A stretch of DNA of 64,000 nt from Trichoplax adhaerens (GCF_000150275.1 NW_002060943.1:9766209-9830208), one strand, 5' to 3'. Positions 13,880-27,862 are shown, numbered from the stretch's first letter. Numbers and translations: made by a program. Notes: a model not told the origin generated them from the letters alone.

Positions 13880-14705
13880 GCTGCAGTACTGTACTGTACA
13901 GTACTGTACCTACAATACAGTACAGCCAAACAGGAATGTACAGTACAACAGTACTGTACTGTACGCGTACGGGAGGCGCAAAACTCGAAACTAGAGTGAC
14001 ATTGCGTGTACAGGACAGTACAGTACAGTACAGTATAATGCAATTTATTCTAGCAGCTGTACACACAGTACTGTACTGTACTGTAGTTTCTTGGAGTAAC
14101 AGTTTTACTGTACAGTACTGTACATAGGGGAAAATTTTGATTGAGTAATCAGTTCTGACTTCTGAGCAATCCCTACCCTCAGCAACACTGACTTTTTTTA
14201 CCAAATGAGGCCGTAGATATCGAAAAATGGTTACTTAGTATGGAGCTTCCGTGTCTGTTTTCTAAATTCCTAGTACTGATTTAAATGATATCTACGACCT
14301 TATTCATATATCTGTTTCCAAGCAGAACTTAGTAACAGATAATAAGATTCAGTGTAATATAGCTTAATTTAGTAAAAATCGATCAATTTAAAATCGATTG
14401 TCTCCATACTAGAGTAGTTTCATAACTAGGCGTTTGGCACAATATTTTGACGGGATGAGACCGAAAGTATCTGTCCGTCCAAGAGTGGTCAGTCCGGTCT
14501 CGGTCTTCTTTACGTATATTACTGTACGGTAAAGTAATGTGGCGGTAACTACAGCATCGCGCTGTACATAAAGTTCTTAGAATACTTACTGTACTGTACA
14601 GTACAGTACAGTACTGTATACTCATTATGTACAGAACAGTACTACTGTATAGTGAAATGGATAGTAGTGTACAGTACTGTACAGTACATTACAATACAGC
14701 ACAGT
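13880..14705. repeat. ACAGT/ACTGT pentamer arrays in the divergent Cav1/AGBL5 intergenic region
   Basis: Dense tracts at about 13880-14125 and 14580-14705, built from CAGTA and TACTG units. Confidence 0.9.
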
Positions 14706-14845
14706 GTATTAACACTTAACTCGTAAATAAACATTACAATCCTAATTCTCTTGTTAATTAGGTGTTACCGTAACCTGTTGAAGAATCTGCAACAGAATGT
14801 ACAAACGTAAAGATTATATCACATTTATATTTGCAAGTACTTTTA

Positions 14846-17800
14846 ATGGAAATTGATATTGACGGACTAACATTCTTTTCAAATTTTGATTCTGGAAATC
14901 TGGCAAATGTTGAAAAGTGTCGTGGCAACTCAAACAGTGACAATGTATGTGAATTTAATGTATGGACATCCCCGGACTGCGCCAACACTCCATATGAAAA
15001 AGATTACTCATCATGGTTTTATTTTGGTATTCGGGGCAATGTGCCGAATAAAAAACTCCAGATTAACGTTGTCAATATGAATAAGCAAGTAAGATTGTAC
15101 AGTCAAGGTATGGCTCCACTCGTAAAGTCTATACCAGAACAGTCTTTTTGGAAAAGAATCTCGAACCCAGTTAACTATAAGGTTCGTACAGCTTGATTCT
15201 GTACAGTTGCATAATAAAGTAAAGAATAATAATAAAATATTCAGTACACTTAGTTATGAATTACAGATAAGTCTCGGAGTTGGTTGATGCCCGAATTATA
15301 ATTATTGTTTAATAAATCTAAATTTTACGAATTTATTACAAGCATCACCTTACGCGTACACATACTGTACTCCAGCGTACGCTTTCATGAAAGATCCTAA
15401 AGGACTTCTAGTGTACGTGCTATAGGCACAAACGGTCATTTAGTCAGAAACGTGCAGCAATTTAATTAAGGTACTTACATTTTGATGCTTGATAACTTGC
15501 CTATTAAAATGCATGTACACAAATCACACGTTTATTAAATTTCCTGCAACTGACTGTTTTTGTAACTGTTTATTAACGTTACCTGGAAGTCTTTGATGCA
15601 AAATGGGGGTTCACATTCTGAAAGCTAAAAAAGCAAGAGTTGCAGGAAATACTCTATAGAAAAAGCCAAATACTATAGTATGCTGTGCTACAACATCGTC
15701 TCTAGTATACGACATTCAACATTAATTCCATAATTGACCAGCTAGTAGGACTAGTAAGCCACTGTTATAAAGCTTACTAAGTGACCTTCTCGTTTAATTT
15801 TAAACAGGTCGAAAATGGAAGATTCATATTATCTTTTCAGTATCAATTGCCTGATCATGCGGAAAGTGTTACCTATTTTGCCTTTTGCTATCCCTACTCA
15901 TATTCCAAATGTCAAGAAAGGTTGAACTGCCTTGAGCGCCAATTTCACATCAGTGATAACCCTTGTGGATTAAAATCTGATACTATTTACTTTTATCGAG
16001 AACTACTCTGCTACTCAATTGAAAAATTAAGAGTTGATTTGGTGACTGTAACCTCCTGCCACGGTGTTTTAGAAGACAGAGAATGTCCACTTAAAGAATT
16101 ATTTCCGGAAGGGAATAAACCGCGGTGTCATAAATTCGAAGGGAAAAAGGTTTTTAGATGTAATTGTTATCTTACTTTAGCAGTAATAAGTGATGTGAAT
16201 TAAAACTGAGTTTGAGTCATCAAGACATGTTGCATTAATACACGTGTACTGTTGCAAATTTGTTACTGTCAACGCACAGTTACAACATGTGTGCGAGATC
16301 GTCTAGTAAAGTATATACTCGTACTACGCGGAATTGTTTACTGCTAAAACTGGAACTTATTTATAGCGAACGTATGTAAAATTAAATGTCAAAATATTTT
16401 AAATTAATTATCATCTTTCGTATTTCCAGGTTTTTTTTGTAAGTAGTAGAGTCCACCCTGGAGAGACTCCTTCTAGCTTCGTTTTCGACGGATTCCTCAA
16501 CTTTATTCTCCGCCAAGATGATCCTAGAGCGATAGCACTAAGGAAATATTTTGTGTTTAAATTAATCCCGATGCTAAATCCAGATGGTGTTAAACAAGGT
16601 CACTATCGAACCGATACGCGCGGCACTAATTTAAACCGAGTGTATTTAAATCCTGATTATAGAATACACCCATCTATATTTGCAGCCCGGACTCTTTTAG
16701 AATATTATCACTTCGAGTACGCCGTATCTTCACACGGCAAGCTTACTACAAGTCAACTTAAGCATACCGTGATGAAAAACGAGGATAGGTATTCGAACCT
16801 TTCTTTAAAGTTATACAAACCCTTCGAATACATTACTTACGTAAAATAATTACTTGTAACTCCATTAACAGTACCAAAATTAACAATGAATAATATGATA
16901 TATGCATAGATATCATCCAGCCCGAAATCATGGCTTACAACAATCCGTTAGCACTAAATCAGTGCAAAATAGCTCATCACAGAATTTGTGTGATCTATCT
17001 CATGTAAAAGTACCTCTGTACCAGTATAATCAAGGGTCGCCGTTAGCCGGCAATAAATTGGATTCAAGGCTTAAGCAACATGCTAATTCTAGCAGAAAAC
17101 TTGATTTCGATAAAGTACGAGGCTTGAAAGTCATCGCACCAAGTGACGATGGTGTAGCGTTTTACGTAGACCTCCATGGACATGCATCAAAGCGTGGCTG
17201 TTTTATCTATGGGAATGCTCTAGAGGCGGCAGAAGATCGTATTAAAATTCTACTATTCGCTAAATTAATGTCATTTAATTGTACACATTTTGAGTTCGAC
17301 AGCTGTAACTTTAGCGAGCGTAATATGCGAGCGCGTGACAAGAAAGATGGCCTCTCGAAAGAAGGTAGCGGGCGAGTTGCTATTCACAAAATCCTAGGAA
17401 TAACTCACAGGTTTCAACATACAATCAAAAAAGATACTACCATAATTAAGGTACCTAATTCATATTGCAATTAATTATTTTTTTTTACAGCTACACCTTA
17501 GAATGTAATTACAATGGTGGTAGAATAGTAAACAATGTTCCCAGCGCTTCTAGTGACAATGAAGGAGCAGACCTGGCAATGCCACTCAATACTACACTTC
17601 AGTACACTTGTTTACATTACGAAGAGGTTAGTTATGCTTTCTATTCGGTGCTATCAATTAAGACAAAAATTACAAGCACCAACGTTGTCAATCTACACGC
17701 TAGATCGGTCAGGCAGTTGCTATTAGCGCGTTAGACATTATTAACGCTAACCCTCTGTCTCGAATTGAAAAATCGGAATTCCGCAATATGAATGGTGTCA

Positions 17801-17880
17801 TTAGATGGATAACAAATTATGAAAAACACAATTCAAGGCACCTTCGCCAGAAGAAATCTCGATGGCTCCGAGCAGAATAG
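14846..17880 (+). CDS. AGBL5: Cytosolic carboxypeptidase 5 (tubulin deglutamylase, M14 family), about 6 exons
   Basis: N-terminus [19 protein letters not shown]; WFYF; FAFCYPYSY; zinc motif [11 protein letters not shown]; [26 protein letters not shown]; [12 protein letters not shown]; SKEGSGRVA; YTLECNYN. Exons approximately 14846-15181, 15808-16149, 16429-16788, 16910-17410, 17491-17626 and 17704-17880 (TAG). Confidence 0.93.
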
Positions 17881-20107
17881 TAAATAAGACACTGTTATAC
17901 CCAATTCGTTCAGGATAACTTTAATGATTACTGCAGCATGCTATTCGGAATTGCTGAGATAATTTCGAAGAGTCATTTCTATTTTTAACGAAACTAATGC
18001 TATATTTAGTAAAATTGATGAATATTAACTTCTTGCGACCAACTAGTTTGTCCTAAGGTGACTCGTAAAATTACCATGCGCAATATAATTCTACTTCTAT
18101 ACCCTTAATATTGCCCAGACCTGTCAAGATACTGTACTGCTTATGCTAGTAACAATTTTCTCTAAATAGTGACTTACCGTCACGTTAAATTACTTACAGT
18201 TAAAATTGGTCCAACCCTCTTATGTAGACTTATGTGTCACAAACATATGGAGCAGACTAGGCCTAACTTTTGTGACGGTAGGTTCCTAAAATGCTACCAG
18301 TACTAGTTGCTGTCTAATACTCGTTTGTAGATTATGCCTATATCGTACACACTTGTGGACTAGAGAGTCACGTAAGTGACTTTCTGTATCTTCGGATATT
18401 TCCGTTTAACGGAGAAGTTTATTCTCGTAAACTTTCTACAAATCCTTGTTGTACTAGCTGTTTTATCCATTTAATTAATCCATTTGACATGCTAGGAAAT
18501 ATCAATTTTTAAAAACAAGATATCTTGTGTATAATAAAATAAAATACGCCATTTGATATATATTTGATCGCAAAATTGAATATTCTATAAAGAAGGAACT
18601 GGCACACACCTTAGCAGCACCTTTTCAAGGCTGCTATTGGCCATCGCGTTTGATATGCAATTACCGATACTTTGTACAATAATAAAGCGAAACGAAGGAT
18701 AGCGTATCAGTTATTCGCATTGTGCAATATGCTATATAAATGACATGAATAAATTAATGGTCACTGAACCTACTTATCACATTTTCTTTTATGATATTGT
18801 AATTTAATTGTAAGTGTCCACTTTCGTAATTCTCAACTTCTCAATAATCACCAAATATCACCTTCCGAATTGTGATGTTTCGGAAGGTTGAGAGTTGGCA
18901 TTAGTCACAATAAAGTACAATAGGATAGTTAACGGAAGAGTGACCTTTATTGAACTAACGTAAGAGAATAATCGTGCAAGTAACACTGCGATTAGTCGAA
19001 TAACTATAGCAGTATAGAATAGGTAAAGCGTGCAAACTTACCGTTTAACCTACCAGAACTAACTAACGAGATAGATGAAAGAAGATAGATTTTATAATGT
19101 TTGGAGCACAGCAGGAGGAAATTATTTATAATAAGCGCGAATGATTTATGAAATAGGTTACTTCTATGTTAAGCTAGTGCTACGGTATAGGTTAGCTAGA
19201 GTACAAGATATTTCCACAGAGTAAATTGTTATAGATCATACATATTTAGAATTATGTTACAGTCTAGTGAAACTAATACTTCTTCTAAAAATAGACTATA
19301 CCGTTTTTAGAAGTAAACACATATAAATTATTATCCTCATTCGTCTACCCGAATAAACGATACTGTAGTGTAAACTTAACCTTTTAAGTGCTTTACTATG
19401 GCAATTGTGACCAGAGCTAAATTTTGGCTTAGTAAATTTGATCATCAGCATGTTAAATTAATGTAATATTAGGGATAGGGACTGATTGCCGATTCTCCCG
19501 ATGTTTAAAATAAGATCTGAATAAAGTGAGCTACCGTTTGACACAATAATAAAATAAGTTACGCACTGGTTTACAGCTATACAACGATATTTAATACAGA
19601 ACAGTAGTGTATGTTGTAACATTGCCCATATTGTAATACTATAACCTATCTCGTATTATAATTTACAGAAATGGGAATGACAAATTTCATCTGGCTTGTC
19701 TACACTCGTACTATCTACTGTATTAAGATCACATTTTACAAAAATCCACGTGCACTAGGATATGATATAAAGTTTCTTCATGGTGCGTTGTTGTCGCATG
19801 CATGATATTACACTATTCCGTCAAAACGAAATAAAGTAGGGGAATCCAATAGCTTAAAAGAATAGACTCGTTGTCTCATTACAGTTATTAATTTACAGTG
19901 TGTCCGTTTCTGACTCGTTTGCTATAATTTATTTACAGTGCTCAAGTGAAGTGATATTGTAGCATATTATACCGATAGCGATGACTTGTCCACGTAAAAA
20001 TAGCCTAAAACACCTATCCATTTATTTTACTTTGTAAACTTTTAAATAGGAAGATGTAATTTAAGTATAAATGCTCTATGCAGAGTAAAGCCACCATATC
20101 ATGGTTG

Positions 20108-20132
20108 TATATATATATATATATATATATAT
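20108..20132. repeat. (TA)n microsatellite
   Basis: About 12 uninterrupted TA units. Confidence 0.9.
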
Positions 20133-21018
20133 GCGTTTATCTGCATATATTGCAGAAATATAGACGATGAAAAACGATTTGTATGTATATCAGGTATTGA
20201 TGATTTTGGTGTAATTGTTTATATTAAGGTACTGGTGGTATACCATTTTAATATAACTCGTATTGTATTACTACCACTCAGAACTTTGTAGTCTTCAAAT
20301 ATTTAATGTTTCTCATTCATGTATAGTTTAGAGTATCTTAAAATCAAATATTCATGTCGTCAAATTTGGCAAAGCAATGATGTAGAATCTTAATGACCAT
20401 TTATTATGAATAATTTATCTAAATTTAGTTAAACATCAAAGACAATATAAGCGGCTGTTAGCTTTCAAAACTATAGATAGTTGCATAGCTTTATCCCATA
20501 TGTTACTTCAATTTGCGCCTAATTAGGTATAATTAGATAGGTGAGGATAAATTAACCATAATAACGTAGTATTAAATACTATCGTTTCAATTCTAGATAT
20601 CCTAAGATTCATAGCTACTGTCGCAATTAACTCACAAAAAGTAAAAATTACCATTAAATCGAATACTGGCGTTAGGTAATTATATAATTATTAACAATAA
20701 CTGTCTTCTTACAGCATTATTGCAAGACTGGGCAAAAATATTTTACCGAGCCGTTTATGATTACAGCTTACAGATTTACAGTGAAATATGTACAAGTATC
20801 TAACGACACGATAGGAGTTGGAAAGTGCTATACGCGTATATTATTACATAGGTAAAACCAAGTCGTGAATAGCTATATACATTCCGTTGTATTCCATGCA
20901 GACATACAGTGATCGCTATTTAATTCGATTATAGCATCTTTAATATAGTATATCATAATAGTCGGAGAAATTGGGAATTATTTAATGCCAAGTAATTAAA
21001 TCTTTGATCACGGTAGAA

Positions 21019-22884
21019 TTAATTGATTTTTGGTAAAATTACTCGCTCCGTAAATTCAGATTGATTTGCGGATTTTTGATGCTTTATCCTTCCAGAATTT
21101 TGACCATTCAAGTTTATTTTGTCGGCATTACCTCTAGCATTTTGGTTATTTTCCGAACTGTATATTTTATTGACGATGCTACTATTGCCAGTTAACGAAG
21201 GGACTCCAGTATTTTTTTGTTCGCTGCTTTGGTGGTTATGACGATTTCTTCTTCTTAGCCATGCATGGCGTAAAGCTTGTGGGGGTGTCATGCGCTGCGC
21301 AGGATCCCATTCTAAACAACGACTAAGAAAGTCTAAAAATAATGAATCATCACACCCCTTCAAAGCATCCACTAGGTGCTTAGATTTAGGTGGACCGCGA
21401 AACTTTCCGCGGCGAGAACGTCCTCCACTTAATATAACGCTACCATCAGGCGCATTTGTAACTGTGCAATATCGTGGATGTCCTTTAGAGCTTATGAAGT
21501 TTTTGCCTCTTTTGGCGGTTTCCAACAAACGTGTGGTTGGCATACCCAGTAATTCCATTATACACGCTAGTTGATCGCCTTCATCTTCTCCAGGAAATAA
21601 TGGATAACCAGTTAATAGTTCGGCCAAAATACATCCGAAACTCCACATATCAATTGACATCCCGTAACGATTGCCAAGGATTACCTCCGGAGCACGATAG
21701 AAGCGGCTTTGAATATATGTATAGATCCTCTGATGTTCGAAACAGCTAGAACCGAAATCGATTACTTTGATACCACTTCTTCCATGCTGCTTTAACAATA
21801 TATTTTCGGGTTTTAAATCACAATGGATGATTTTATTTCGGTATAAAGCGTCTAAACACTGGAGTATAGAGAAGGCAAATTTTCTGACAAGTTGCAGATT
21901 GAAACCTTGAAATTTGTTTTTCTTAATAAGTTCATATAAGTTTATGCTGAGTAGTTCAAAGGGGAGGCATACGTGATTTCGAAACTGGAAGTGATCTAGT
22001 ATATGAACTATGTTAAATGTATTATCTTTATCTTGTCGCTTTAAATGTTCTAAAATTTTTATTTCTTCCGCCGCCTGTCGGTGAAATCTCCTCTCATTTC
22101 TAATAATTTTTAGGGCTACATGCATTCGACTTTTATGATCATAAGCTTTTAAGACTTGACCAAAGCTGCCTTTCCCCAAAACTTTTAGGATTTCATATCG
22201 ATATGCGATATGATCGTGGACTTCAGGCAGGTAGTTACCAGACTCATCATCATAGCCGTTATTACTAGGAGCACCAACTAAGCCCTGGCGCTTTTTTGAA
22301 TTTGCACCAACAAAGAAGACTTGTGGATAATTAAAAATTTCATGATGTTCAAATGAAGATAACTTGTGCATGTATAATTTCATTGCTTGTTCTGGTGATA
22401 ACGGAACGCTTTTGCTGCTCTTTAGAGAACCTGAACTACCCTCTCTTCCACCCGAAGATGGAGGTGTAGTGTAAGAATTCGGCTTCTGCTTTGCTTTGCT
22501 GTTGGATTCCACCTTACTTGCAGATATGTGAACATTTTCATCACTGTACATTTGCTGGATATTGATATTACTAGAAGTATTGTTTAAATTTGGTAGAGTA
22601 GTCTCATTTACCAAATTGTTTTTGGTCACGTAATGATTAATGCTACTATGCTTAGTCAATGACTTATCCGCATATTTGCTGTGTACGAAAGGAATGGTCG
22701 GGTTGTTAGTAATACCTTTCCGTAGCGGTGGCAACATACCACTCTTCCCGTTTCGATCATGTTGGTCTTCATGGGTAATTCTTGCGCCTTTGCCATCACC
22801 GACTGATTTGTAGAGGGAGTCATTATTCGAAGGGGCTACCGATCGAGTTTTCGCTAGGGACATTTTTTTAGGTTTGGTTAGCAT
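21019..22884 (-). CDS. DYRK2: Dual-specificity tyrosine-regulated kinase, class 2 (DYRK2/3 type), 621-aa uninterrupted ORF
   Basis: NAPA region, DH box (GYDDESGNY), [22 protein letters not shown], activation loop [13 protein letters not shown] and insert [13 protein letters not shown]. Confidence 0.95.
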   Translation of the reverse strand: MLTKPKKMSLAKTRSVAPSNNDSLYKSVGDGKGARITHEDQHDRNGKSGMLPPLRKGITNNPTIPFVHSKYADKSLTKHSSINHYVTKNNLVNETTLPNLNNTSSNINIQQMYSDENVHISASKVESNSKAKQKPNSYTTPPSSGGREGSSGSLKSSKSVPLSPEQAMKLYMHKLSSFEHHEIFNYPQVFFVGANSKKRQGLVGAPSNNGYDDESGNYLPEVHDHIAYRYEILKVLGKGSFGQVLKAYDHKSRMHVALKIIRNERRFHRQAAEEIKILEHLKRQDKDNTFNIVHILDHFQFRNHVCLPFELLSINLYELIKKNKFQGFNLQLVRKFAFSILQCLDALYRNKIIHCDLKPENILLKQHGRSGIKVIDFGSSCFEHQRIYTYIQSRFYRAPEVILGNRYGMSIDMWSFGCILAELLTGYPLFPGEDEGDQLACIMELLGMPTTRLLETAKRGKNFISSKGHPRYCTVTNAPDGSVILSGGRSRRGKFRGPPKSKHLVDALKGCDDSLFLDFLSRCLEWDPAQRMTPPQALRHAWLRRRNRHNHQSSEQKNTGVPSLTGNSSIVNKIYSSENNQNARGNADKINLNGQNSGRIKHQKSANQSEFTERVILPKIN

Positions 22885-23454
22885 TTAAAATAGTAATCAG
22901 ATTCGTATATAACAGTAACACCCTATAACTTAATAAAGAATTAATCTTTAAGCGAAAATCTTCGAGTGCACGTACTCTTATGCTATGCGTGTAAAGACAG
23001 ACAGTTACGATGCTCTTGTATGAACAAAAATTTCAAGTAGTATAAATTATCAGCCAGTTATATCAACTAGAATTTGGCTAATAACAACTTTTTATATACT
23101 GTAGTTCGTAACTTCTACTGACTTAATCGTTACCATGGAATCAAAACATAAGTTTCTTACTCTCAATCACGTGATATTATCTGTCTTTATACTTTACAGT
23201 TACAGAAACAAAAAAACATCATATTACTATACGGTACAGCGTACAATTTAGTACAGTAACTACTTGACTGAAACTAGTTGGTTCTATCACGTTTCGTATC
23301 CGTGGTTTTACGTTCGTACAATAAACTGCCAGCGGATCAACTTCGATATATGACTCCTTTTATATTTCTTACTATTCTATATAATTGATGATTTTTTCCA
23401 TACTAATTATATATTCTGTAAAGTATTTAATGTATCACTGTGCTGCTGTGTAAT

Positions 23455-23890
23455 TAGTTTTACAGTACTGTACAGTATATGATCAGTACGGAAAAAATCA
23501 TCAATCATAATGATATGGAAAAGGAAGAAAAGTGAAAGAAGTCGTATATTTAGATTGATCCAAAATGACCAGAGAAATAGTCAGCTTCCATATTTTTCGG
23601 GGCCGAGGAGGGCCAAATGCTTTCTTGCACAATCTGCCTAGTGCTCTGATACTCTTCCGTTTAGTACGGTACTGTAATGTACAGTACAGTGGACTAGTCC
23701 CTGGTACTGTTTTTACGGTTTTATTACTTGTCGTCAACCCTCTGTTACTTGCCGTAACTGTAGTCACCAAATACTGTACTGTGCTGTACACATTGAGACC
23801 GTAAAATATCAATACTGTACAGTACAGTAATTAAGAGGACACGTACAGTACAGTATAGTATACAGTGTACAATACTGTACTGTACTGTAT
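23455..23890. repeat. ACAGT/ACTGT pentamer tracts upstream of DYRK2
   Basis: Clusters at about 23455-23480 and 23660-23890. Confidence 0.85.
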
Positions 23891-23958
23891 TATTTATTTA
23901 TATTTATGTATACGACAGCCGTTGCCTTGTCACGAATAATGAGATTCAATGTACTTAG

Positions 23959-24111
23959 AAGTCAATCCGAAACCCGACTCGAGGGAGGGATTCGGCTTTA
24001 AGTAATTCTGTTCTGATACAGTGTTTGTGTAGCGATTGCACTCATTTCGGGTTGGAAGGTCAACAATTTGATCGGGTTTGGGTTGCATTTTTATTCCATT
24101 TAAGGACTCTG
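23959..24111 (+). mobile_element. Dispersed ~150-bp repeat, family A copy 1, MITE-like
   Basis: Colinear with 46764-46915; shared AAACCCGACTCGAGGGAGGGATTCGG, TGATACAGTGTTT, CTCATTTCGG and TCAACAATTTGATCGGGTT. Subterminal inverted repeat AAACCCGA...TCGGGTTT. Confidence 0.7.
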
Positions 24112-24286
24112 AGATTATCGAGAACATGTAGCCTGTACCAGGGACTACTAGAAGAAAGAAAAGAAAGAGAGGGACAGAACGGTCGTTCAGTGTATTAAAA
24201 ATGAGTGGGCTGACTATTTTGCTTATCACCTCACCTAAACTGTACTGTATGTCTGAAACCATACACTATACTGTCCAGGGTCGTCA

Positions 24287-24923
24287 TCCAGATTAGCCGC
24301 TTGGTTGATTTTGTACTGTACAGCGTAGTATACTGTACGCCTATACGGTTTCGTGGTAGCGTATAGTACAGTACAGTACTGTAGAATAACCAGAAAAATG
24401 ATAAGCCCCTTGTTATTTTATACTGAATGGCCGCTAGGCGTCCCTCTCTCTTATTAATAGTCCCTGCCTGTACAGTACTGTAATGTACATTTAATACTGT
24501 ACAGTACAGTGTAGTACACGCAGGGACTACTTCAAAGAAGAGATAGGGACGGGACTGGACAAGTGGACATGACGGGACACGGCCAAAAAAATGATAAGAC
24601 TTTTTGCGGGTATTTTACAATACAATATGCTACGGCTNNNNNNNNNNNNNNNNNNNNNNNNNNNNNNNNNNNNNNNNNNNNNNNNNNTCCCTGCCTGTAC
24701 AGTACAGTACAGTACTGTACAGTACCGTAATGTACTGTACAGTACATTTAATAGTGTACAGTACAGTACACGCAGGGACTACTTCAAAGAAGAGATAGGG
24801 ACGGGACTGGACATGACGGGACACGGCCAAAAAATGATAAGACTTTTTGCAGGTATTTTACAATATGCTACGGCTGTAACCGTACGCCGTACTGTGCAAA
24901 ACCAACCTGGCAGATAACTTGGA
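24287..24923. mobile_element. Foldback-like palindromic element (family B) with long imperfect arms, interrupted by an assembly gap
   Basis: Outer arms 24287-24327 and 24883-24923 match 31/41 as an inverted repeat. Inner arms AGTCCCTGCCTGTAC/GTACACGCAGGGACT match 14/15 around a pentamer loop. CGTCCCTCTCTCTT/AAGAGATAGGGACG also pair. Confidence 0.65.
24638..24687. other. Assembly gap (50 N) flanked by near-identical ~180-bp direct copies
   Basis: 24461-24637 is repeated at 24688-24875 with small indels. Confidence 0.95.
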
Positions 24924-25436
24924 GCACGGTCGTGTACAGTACACTGTACAGTACACCGTACTGTACTGTACAGTTTACAGTATAAGGTACGATTACCGAT
25001 GGTTGGTACAGCTGAAATGACCAGCAGGAAAGTCGGCCTGCCGACGATCATGCACTGTACTGTGACTCCTGTCTCTTCTCTTCTTTCGAGTACACGGTAT
25101 AAAGTTACTGAACCTCTGACAGGTCTACAGTACAACAAAGGGTAATACTATCTGTTAAATGAGCACATTATCGTAAACCGTCAGCAAAGCGACGGGAGTT
25201 TGCACTAGTACAGTACTGTACAATTGTACACGTGTACATTGTACAATGTACAGCACAGTACTGTACTGTACAATGTACATGTGTAGCAGAGAACTGTTGT
25301 CCATCCGTCAATAATACTGTATAATAGTGAGTCGCTATTAGTCACCGACACGACACGACTTACATCCACGAACATTTTTGGTTCATTGCATCGATCTGTC
25401 TTTCAAGTCTTAGGGACTTAATAAAGTGATAACGGG

Positions 25437-26022
25437 ATGACTGCAAAGAATTTTTTATCTCAAGTTTACCATGATCCCTTCAAATGGTAATTCAAGTGAG
25501 ATTGCTTTTAAGTGAGAGAAACTAAGTTTAAAAGTTTCTTTGCTGCGCTGTGCAATTAGTGCACAGTACTGTACTGTACAAATAGTTCATAGCTATCATA
25601 CCGTACACAAAGTGTGTATTTGTACTCGTCGTAAACGTATCTACTACATATCCTTATTAGTGCAGTGGTGTATGATCTATAATAACACTAACCTGTACTA
25701 CTGTACACTGTACAGTACTGTATCTTGCAGTCTAGCTATCGACTATATCTGGCTTTGCGGTGACTCGTAAAATAATTTTGTACATAAAAAATATGCAATA
25801 AAAATTACATAATGGTGCATTGATATGTTTTCGTTTAATCCTTATTGCCAAGTTAGTGGCATTATTTTTATTAACTAATCATACTTTATTGTTAACCTAT
25901 TTACAAGGGCTTTATTTCGAAATGTAACCCTGTTTGCGGTGGCCATCTACTGTGTACGTGAGTTTGCGGATATAGACTTAGGAACGGCAGGCGACATGCC
26001 ACAACAAAATATGGCACTATAA
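25437..26022 (+). CDS. TOMM6: TOM6-like mitochondrial outer-membrane translocase small subunit, 54 aa, two exons (25437-25486 and 25908-26022)
   Basis: A GT-AG phase-2 intron joins MTAKNFLSQVYHDPFKW to ALFRNVTLFAVAIYCVREFADIDLGTAGDMPQQNMAL*. The single TM segment followed by R-x-x-x-DIDL resembles the recalled human TOMM6 C-terminus (NLILNLGLFAAGVWLARNLSDIDL). Confidence 0.8.
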
Positions 26023-27862
26023 CATCAACCGAAATGCATTAAAAATGTACATTATGTTATACTGATGTACAGTACATTACAGATCCAATCAAGGCTTAAG
26101 CATATCTGCTTTCTGGATAAATGGTTTCGTTTCATAGTTTAATAGTTTTAATACATTCGTAATTAACTATAGTGAAATAAGTTTAATTTACAGTATATAA
26201 TGAAGTTCTAGTATGGGATGAAAACATCATTCGCTTCGGCTATGGAATAGAATCGTTTATATGTAATACGTACGGAATCATTCATATTCATCTTCATTAC
26301 GACTACAGAGGACTGTAGTCGATTCATATTTTGCTTATCAAATAAATCGTTTAAACTTGACACAAAAGCTATAACTAATTGTCAGTTTTACTAGAAACTG
26401 TCAATTGAACATTCCTGTGATCCAGTTAATAAATAATTTATGATTGATATAACGGTATAATTTCGTTGGGATCTACTAAGCTTTTATGTTAATAAATTAC
26501 GATGTTGTACAATATTTTGCTGGAACTTGATAACAATAAATGGTAAATTCTAGAAATGCTGTTACTCAAGGTGATCAATTAATTCTGAAGCTGCGAGGGT
26601 ATTTTGCAGTAATACACAGTAAATTCTTGGTAGAGGTCTTTTCTTTAAGCCTTTTGTTATTGGAAATGGTGGAAAGTTGAACTAATCTGTTTTGAATTGG
26701 AGTATTTTTCGCAGAAATAAATTGTCACATGAAATAACTTGCATCAAGAGACTTTTGAGTGTGAGGCTATTCCTGGCAATTAATATACTGTAGCACTGGT
26801 GTTATCGAAATACCAATAGTTCGTTGGGTATAATATTTCTGATATAAAATAACTTTAAGTCATCAAGAATAATGGAAATCTTAAAGAGAATTAGCCTTTA
26901 ATTCCAAATCTTGAAAAATCATAGCAATATATAATGAATTAGCAGTCATATTTCATCGTTGAGCTGTCGTTCCAATAACCACTGGACATACGAGTACATA
27001 TAGTAAATTTATCCATTTGATGAAGTTATAGTTTTAGGGCTTAAAACGATAATAACTACTACTGCCTATTCCTTACAGTAGTACTTACAATTGGAGTCTG
27101 CAAAATGGAACAAATTTCTTGTTGGCATAGACGAATGACCCGGATTTTAGTGTTACAGATTATTCATTTCAAATTATACGGCACGCGAATTAGAAGGATA
27201 ATTCTATAGAATAGTTACGGAGAAAGAGCTGTAACTCAATGCAGCAGACTTATTGTTATCGAATGATGAAAATTCGTCAGAATTTTATGTTCTTGCTTAC
27301 GTAAAACATTGAACAATGCATGTGATACAGCTTATGTCATACTGATAATAGAATTCACTAATTTACTAAAAAATCATAACGTAGCAGTGTTATACTGTAG
27401 TTTATTTTATATATACAAAATACTACAGCGTTGCAAAAACATAGTGATCTTTTAACATCATCAGTTTATCAGTAGCGAGAAGTGGTTGTAGCCGTAATAG
27501 CTACAAGCACAATCGAATTTACTACAATATCTTACACAATTATGGATAAGTTAAGGCTAATAAACAATTATAGACAGCACAACATTTCTATTTATAAAAG
27601 GTCCAAATATTTTGTAATTTCTTGTGTAATATTGCAATACAGAGTGGTCAGAATTGTAAATAATTTATAGAATTTTAACGTATTAATTCTTTGATATCGA
27701 ATAGCATAATTAAGAAGTTTAGTTCACATAACAAGAATTGCTACCAGTAATAGACAATCTGATAAGTACAGGTAACATGCGGAATCTGTATCTTGGCACT
27801 TACATCAACATTGGTGAAATCTAATAAAGAAAAAAATAACTGAGACATTTTTAATAGCTGCC

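Noticed and set aside
13814-14625. ORFs rich in YSTV/QYCT (also 23501-25138, 25540-25770, 34263-34451, 46594-46921)
   Set aside because: Translations of stop-poor ACAGT/ACTGT repeats; not protein-like.
21290-21749. Antisense ORFs over DYRK2 (also over Cav1, C12orf56-like, BICD and CFAP100 exons)
   Set aside because: Shadow frames of real coding exons with no independent homology.
21019-22884. Intronless DYRK2 as a possible retrogene
   Set aside because: No poly(A) relic or TSD, and vertebrate DYRK2 also encodes its kinase domain in one large exon, so this is not evidence of retroposition.
24461-24875. Repeat-spacer appearance suggesting a CRISPR array or LTR pair
   Set aside because: Eukaryotic context, only two long copies abutting an assembly gap, no cas or retroelement genes, and no TG...CA termini.
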